DNA of 64,000 nt from Bacteroidales bacterium (GTDB taxonomy: Bacteria > Bacteroidota > Bacteroidia > Bacteroidales > WCHB1-69): positions 222-64,221 of the forward strand of contig JAITUN010000100.1 of the NCBI GenBank assembly GCA_031286285.1, written 5' to 3'. Of this stretch, positions 60,513-64,000 are shown in pieces (position 1 is the first letter of the stretch; every line of letters begins with the position of its first letter). The notes under the pieces were generated by a model. The model was given only the letters and a program-made list of their open reading frames with translations, ran no database searches and was not told the DNA's origin. The translations under genes were made by a program, and so were the position numbers.

Positions 60513-61775
60513 TTATTCTAAAATTTCAGACAAATTTTTAAGCATCATATCCACCCGAAAATCGGGTTTAAAACAAAGGCAATCTTCAAGTTGTTTTGCC
60601 TCTGAAAACATTTTATAGGAACCTGAAAAATCTTCTTTTATACATAATGCAAGCGCTTGAAGCACTATAGCATCGTACTTGTCTTTGACCTCCTTTGAGG
60701 ACAATAGAGGCGCACGGACTTGCTCTTCGACAATAATCTCTTCAATGACAATAACTTTTTCTTCATCAGAAATCGAAGTTGGTTCTACTAAGATAGTGCT
60801 GTTTTCAACAATTGTATCTGTTTTCTCAACTGTATTAGCTATATTATTTACTATATTTTTTTCTGTAATTTCTTCCATTATTGGCTCATAATTTTTCAAA
60901 TATGGATTGGTTTCCAAATATTCTTGAGCATATTGGAAAAAACGGATGGCAATTGTTGAGTTGCCACGTTTTTCGGCTACCTTGGCAATAGCAATATAAG
61001 AATCATAAATCCCTGACCTTGATCGCAAAACACCATGAAAATAGTCATCATTACAATAAGAAGAGGGTAAATTGAGACAAAAGGTTTCCAACACTTCAAA
61101 AAGTTGCAACGCTTCTGCAGCATGTTCTATTTTCACTAAAGAATCTGCGGTAAAATACAATTTACTGTAAAATTTATCAGTAAATTCTATCGCTTCTATC
61201 TCTTGAGAGCGTTCCATTTGCGTTTCATAGTAAAGTGTATTTAACAACGAAAGAGATTCTTCATAGCAATTTTTAGATAGTAACTTGTTTAATTTTAATA
61301 AAATAGCATTGGGATATGTATCATTGTATTGTAATGAACGCTGTAAATAATAATCACCATCTTCTTCATTATTAAATTGATATTCATTAAGCGCTTTCTC
61401 ATAGAAAATGAGATATACATTTGAATTTAACCATAATAGAGAATCGTATTTGAGTTGAACACTATTGGTAAGCTCGTCGTACTTGTTAATAAGTTCACTA
61501 AATGTAATTGCTTCACATCCTGTAAAAAAAGGAATAACGTCTTTTTTAAACTGAACTAATTCTTTGGTAATATCTTTAGCTATTAAAAAATGAAGTGGAA
61601 TTAAATCGGGGTCGTGAAGATTTAGGTTTTTAATTATAGTTTCTTTTTCTTCAAGAAAAAACAGGATTTCTTTACAATCAATTTGTTGAGAAAATAACAA
61701 TTGACAATGAAAAAGAAAAAAGAGAAAAATTAACTTGCTTTGTTTAAAAAAACTATGGTTGTAATAAAAGTTCAT
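60513..61775 (-). CDS. Hypothetical secreted, mostly helical protein
   Basis: 420 aa with an N-terminal hydrophobic signal (LIFLFFLFHCQLLFSQ) and helical, TPR-like composition. No family recognised. Overlaps the upstream gene by 23 nt. Confidence 0.5.
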   Translation of the reverse strand: MNFYYNHSFFKQSKLIFLFFLFHCQLLFSQQIDCKEILFFLEEKETIIKNLNLHDPDLIPLHFLIAKDITKELVQFKKDVIPFFTGCEAITFSELINKYDELTNSVQLKYDSLLWLNSNVYLIFYEKALNEYQFNNEEDGDYYLQRSLQYNDTYPNAILLKLNKLLSKNCYEESLSLLNTLYYETQMERSQEIEAIEFTDKFYSKLYFTADSLVKIEHAAEALQLFEVLETFCLNLPSSYCNDDYFHGVLRSRSGIYDSYIAIAKVAEKRGNSTIAIRFFQYAQEYLETNPYLKNYEPIMEEITEKNIVNNIANTVEKTDTIVENSTILVEPTSISDEEKVIVIEEIIVEEQVRAPLLSSKEVKDKYDAIVLQALALCIKEDFSGSYKMFSEAKQLEDCLCFKPDFRVDMMLKNLSEILE

Positions 61776-62295
61776 CTATCATGTTCATTAATTCTTCTCT
61801 ATTTAAGTATCCTATGGTAGTTGATATTTCTCCACGAGGTTTAAAATAGAGGAGCATTGGAATATTTTTTACTTTAAAAGCAGCAGATACACCTCTCGCT
61901 TTCTCTGAGTTAATTTTATAAAAAATCACTTTTCCTTTGTATTCGGGCGCCAATTCATTCATAACAACAGAAAGATAACCGCATGGTTTACACCATTCTG
62001 CATAAAGTTCAACGATGCAAGGGGTTTGCCCCAAATACTGAAATCCTTTTGGATTATCAATTGCTGTGATACGTTCTATAAAATCATTTTCTGTTAAAAC
62101 AATTACTTTTCCAGAAAGGTCTTCTACAATTCTTGAGGGGGTATCGCCTGTTTCTCTCAAATAGGCGTAATCATCAGTATTGGATTCATTAGAATCTAAA
62201 TCATTAGTAGTAGGACTATTGAAATTGTGGCAAGAGAAAATGAAAAAAGAAATAATAAAGTAAAGTAGAACAAAAATTTTCTTTTGCATTTTCAA
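61753..62295 (-). CDS. Thioredoxin-fold lipoprotein
   Basis: Lipobox FIFSC and the active site ELYAEWCKPCGYL (WCxxC). Confidence 0.8.
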   Translation of the reverse strand: MKMQKKIFVLLYFIISFFIFSCHNFNSPTTNDLDSNESNTDDYAYLRETGDTPSRIVEDLSGKVIVLTENDFIERITAIDNPKGFQYLGQTPCIVELYAEWCKPCGYLSVVMNELAPEYKGKVIFYKINSEKARGVSAAFKVKNIPMLLYFKPRGEISTTIGYLNREELMNMIDELLLQP

Positions 62296-62334
62296 TTATT
62301 TATTGTAGATAACACCTTTTTTTAATAAATATTG

Positions 62335-62342
62335 TAATTTTG
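62335..62342 (+). promoter_or_regulatory. -7 promoter box (TAATTTTG) for the GH5-like gene
   Basis: TAnnTTTG match 57 nt upstream of the ATG at 62399. Confidence 0.4.
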
Positions 62343-62398
62343 CACTTTCTCATTATTAAAACAATAAAAACAACTCATATTCATAATCACTATTCATA

Positions 62399-63979
62399 AT
62401 GCTAATAAAAATTATTAAAAAAACAACGCTTTTTGTGTGCGTCTTTCTTGTTATCTCTTGTCTAAATACAACTGATATTAAGAAACAGAAAATTGATTTA
62501 TCTGACACTGATTTTATTTATTTGAATGACAATTATTTTGAGTTGCGAAATGAACGGTTTTTTCCGGTAATGTTAAATTACATTGTTTCATGCCGGAACA
62601 TTGATAATGAATTCGTTCTCTCTCCAAATATTGATTATGAAGAAGCGGGGGTTTACGAATCAAATACCAAAGAAGAGATTGCGCATCAATTAAGAGGTCA
62701 TTTTCAATTAATTAAAGAGATGGGGTTCAATTCAATACGCCTCTGTTTTGATAGAATTCACAATTATGAACAAGAATATTATTATTATGCCGATGGAAAA
62801 GAGTATTTTATTAAAACTGATTATGAACAGATATTAAATGGTTTAGAAATACTTGTAAATATTGCTAAAGAGGAAGAGTTAAGAATCATGCTATTAATTA
62901 AAAAACCCTGGGAAGATAAGAGTTTGGAAGATTTTACCATAAAAATTTTCAAGCATTTTAAAGATAATCCGGTAATTTTTGCATACGACTTAATGAATGA
63001 GCCTTTGTATTTCGATAAAACTACTGATAAAAAAGAGATTTACAACATTGTTTCGTACTGGGAAAAGAAGGTGCGGGAATATGCCCCTAATCAACTTTTT
63101 ACTATTGGTTTTTCTGAACCAATAGAAGTAAATTGCTGGGATCCGGCATTGCTTCCGGTTGACTTTGTGGCATTTCACACCTACCACCCCTTGCGGGCTA
63201 AAAGCGAAATTTACTGGTACAGCACTTATGTAGGCAAACCCTGGATGATTGGCGAAACTGCCCTTCCCGCAGACAATGATTCAATTTCTTACGAGCACCA
63301 AACAAGTTATATGCGTGAAATATATCAATATGTAGTAGATTGCGGGGGCGCCGGATTCGGTTGGTGGGATTTTCAGGAAGCAGTACACGGTCATTTTGAA
63401 GCGTTATTTACAGGTCTCCTCAATCATGAAGGAGTTACAAAAACAAAAGATGGGCAATATACAATTATTGGAACCGTAAAGCCTGCCGCCAAACTTTTAC
63501 CTGAATTAGCTCGCTATCAACCTCAGGAAAAAGTGCGACCCATCAACTATTTTAATATGTTGGGATACAACAATTACCTGATAAAAGGAAAGGTGGTTAA
63601 CAAAAAAAACAACAAACCCATTGAAGGAGCTGTGGTTCGAGGCTGGAACCATTATTGGAATGTCGGCGTAAATACTTATACTGATGAAAATGGAAACTTT
63701 ACGCTTTACAGCAACGACGAGATGGAACACTTCTCAGTATCTGCCCCAAAAATGACAAGAATAAGATTTGATAAAAATTTGAAATACTCTCAAATAGTTG
63801 ATGGGGTTTTCGATAGAAAAAATTTGCCCGATCAATATTTAGAGTACCAGCAAATGAGTTATATGCCTCTTCTTAAAGACTCTGCAACATCGGTATTTGA
63901 CTTTGAGCCGTCGAAATTTAATCAGGCAAAATTTGAGGGAAAAATGAAAAATGTTTATTTAGCACCCTTAAAATATTAA
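62399..63979 (+). CDS. Glycoside hydrolase family 5-like enzyme with C-terminal CarboxypepD_reg-like domain
   Basis: Signal/lipobox VISC. MGFNSIRLCF. Acid/base motif YDLMNEPLY. Putative nucleophile in WMIGETA. C-terminal GKVVNKKNNKPIEGAVV...TDENGNFTL. Confidence 0.6.
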   Translation: MLIKIIKKTTLFVCVFLVISCLNTTDIKKQKIDLSDTDFIYLNDNYFELRNERFFPVMLNYIVSCRNIDNEFVLSPNIDYEEAGVYESNTKEEIAHQLRGHFQLIKEMGFNSIRLCFDRIHNYEQEYYYYADGKEYFIKTDYEQILNGLEILVNIAKEEELRIMLLIKKPWEDKSLEDFTIKIFKHFKDNPVIFAYDLMNEPLYFDKTTDKKEIYNIVSYWEKKVREYAPNQLFTIGFSEPIEVNCWDPALLPVDFVAFHTYHPLRAKSEIYWYSTYVGKPWMIGETALPADNDSISYEHQTSYMREIYQYVVDCGGAGFGWWDFQEAVHGHFEALFTGLLNHEGVTKTKDGQYTIIGTVKPAAKLLPELARYQPQEKVRPINYFNMLGYNNYLIKGKVVNKKNNKPIEGAVVRGWNHYWNVGVNTYTDENGNFTLYSNDEMEHFSVSAPKMTRIRFDKNLKYSQIVDGVFDRKNLPDQYLEYQQMSYMPLLKDSATSVFDFEPSKFNQAKFEGKMKNVYLAPLKY

Positions 63980-64000
63980 ATTGATTTAATACAATAAATG

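Noticed and set aside
1-64000. Mobile element, prophage, or canonical defence system (CRISPR-Cas, restriction-modification, toxin-antitoxin, retron, DGR)
   Set aside because: I recognised no transposase, integrase, reverse transcriptase, cas, methyltransferase or phage structural genes, and no long inverted or direct terminal repeats flanking any block. The accessory content here is T9SS cargo rather than a mobile island.

Overview
Visibly AT-rich chromosomal segment that I assign to a Bacteroidota bacterium. The basis is several proteins ending in type IX secretion (T9SS) C-terminal sorting domains, a 2431-aa SprA next to ruvA, a DUF4295-rpmG pair, and repeated TAnnTTTG-type -7 promoter boxes. 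Housekeeping genes are rpsL-rpsG, a lipA-lipB fusion, nadC, ftsX, ffh, ruvA, obg, pyrE and rpmG. They are interleaved with a T9SS-themed accessory block: three tandem paralogous Asp-box (BNR) propeller cargo genes (9040-15301) converge on a 13,560-nt ORF for a 4519-aa modular adhesin-like cargo (15406-28965). The block also holds a beta-helix cargo gene, the translocon gene sprA and a PorW/SprE-like TPR lipoprotein. I saw no rRNA, tRNA, CRISPR array, transposase, integrase or recognisable defence operon. Four things are least explained by ordinary annotation. (1) Perfect 7-8-nt tandem arrays sit at gene ends, and twice inside coding regions where copy number sets the reading frame: an EEP-family gene that is in frame, and a UvrD/PD-(D/E)xK helicase-nuclease that is out of frame and also carries a nonsense codon in its Walker A motif. 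(2) The giant ORF has a polyprotein-like build, punctuated by six conserved Cys-framed junction cassettes. (3) A GC-rich ~130-nt structured island with a strong intrinsic terminator lies at 30220-30358. (4) LipA and LipB are fused. All functional calls come from motif reading by eye; no searches were run.
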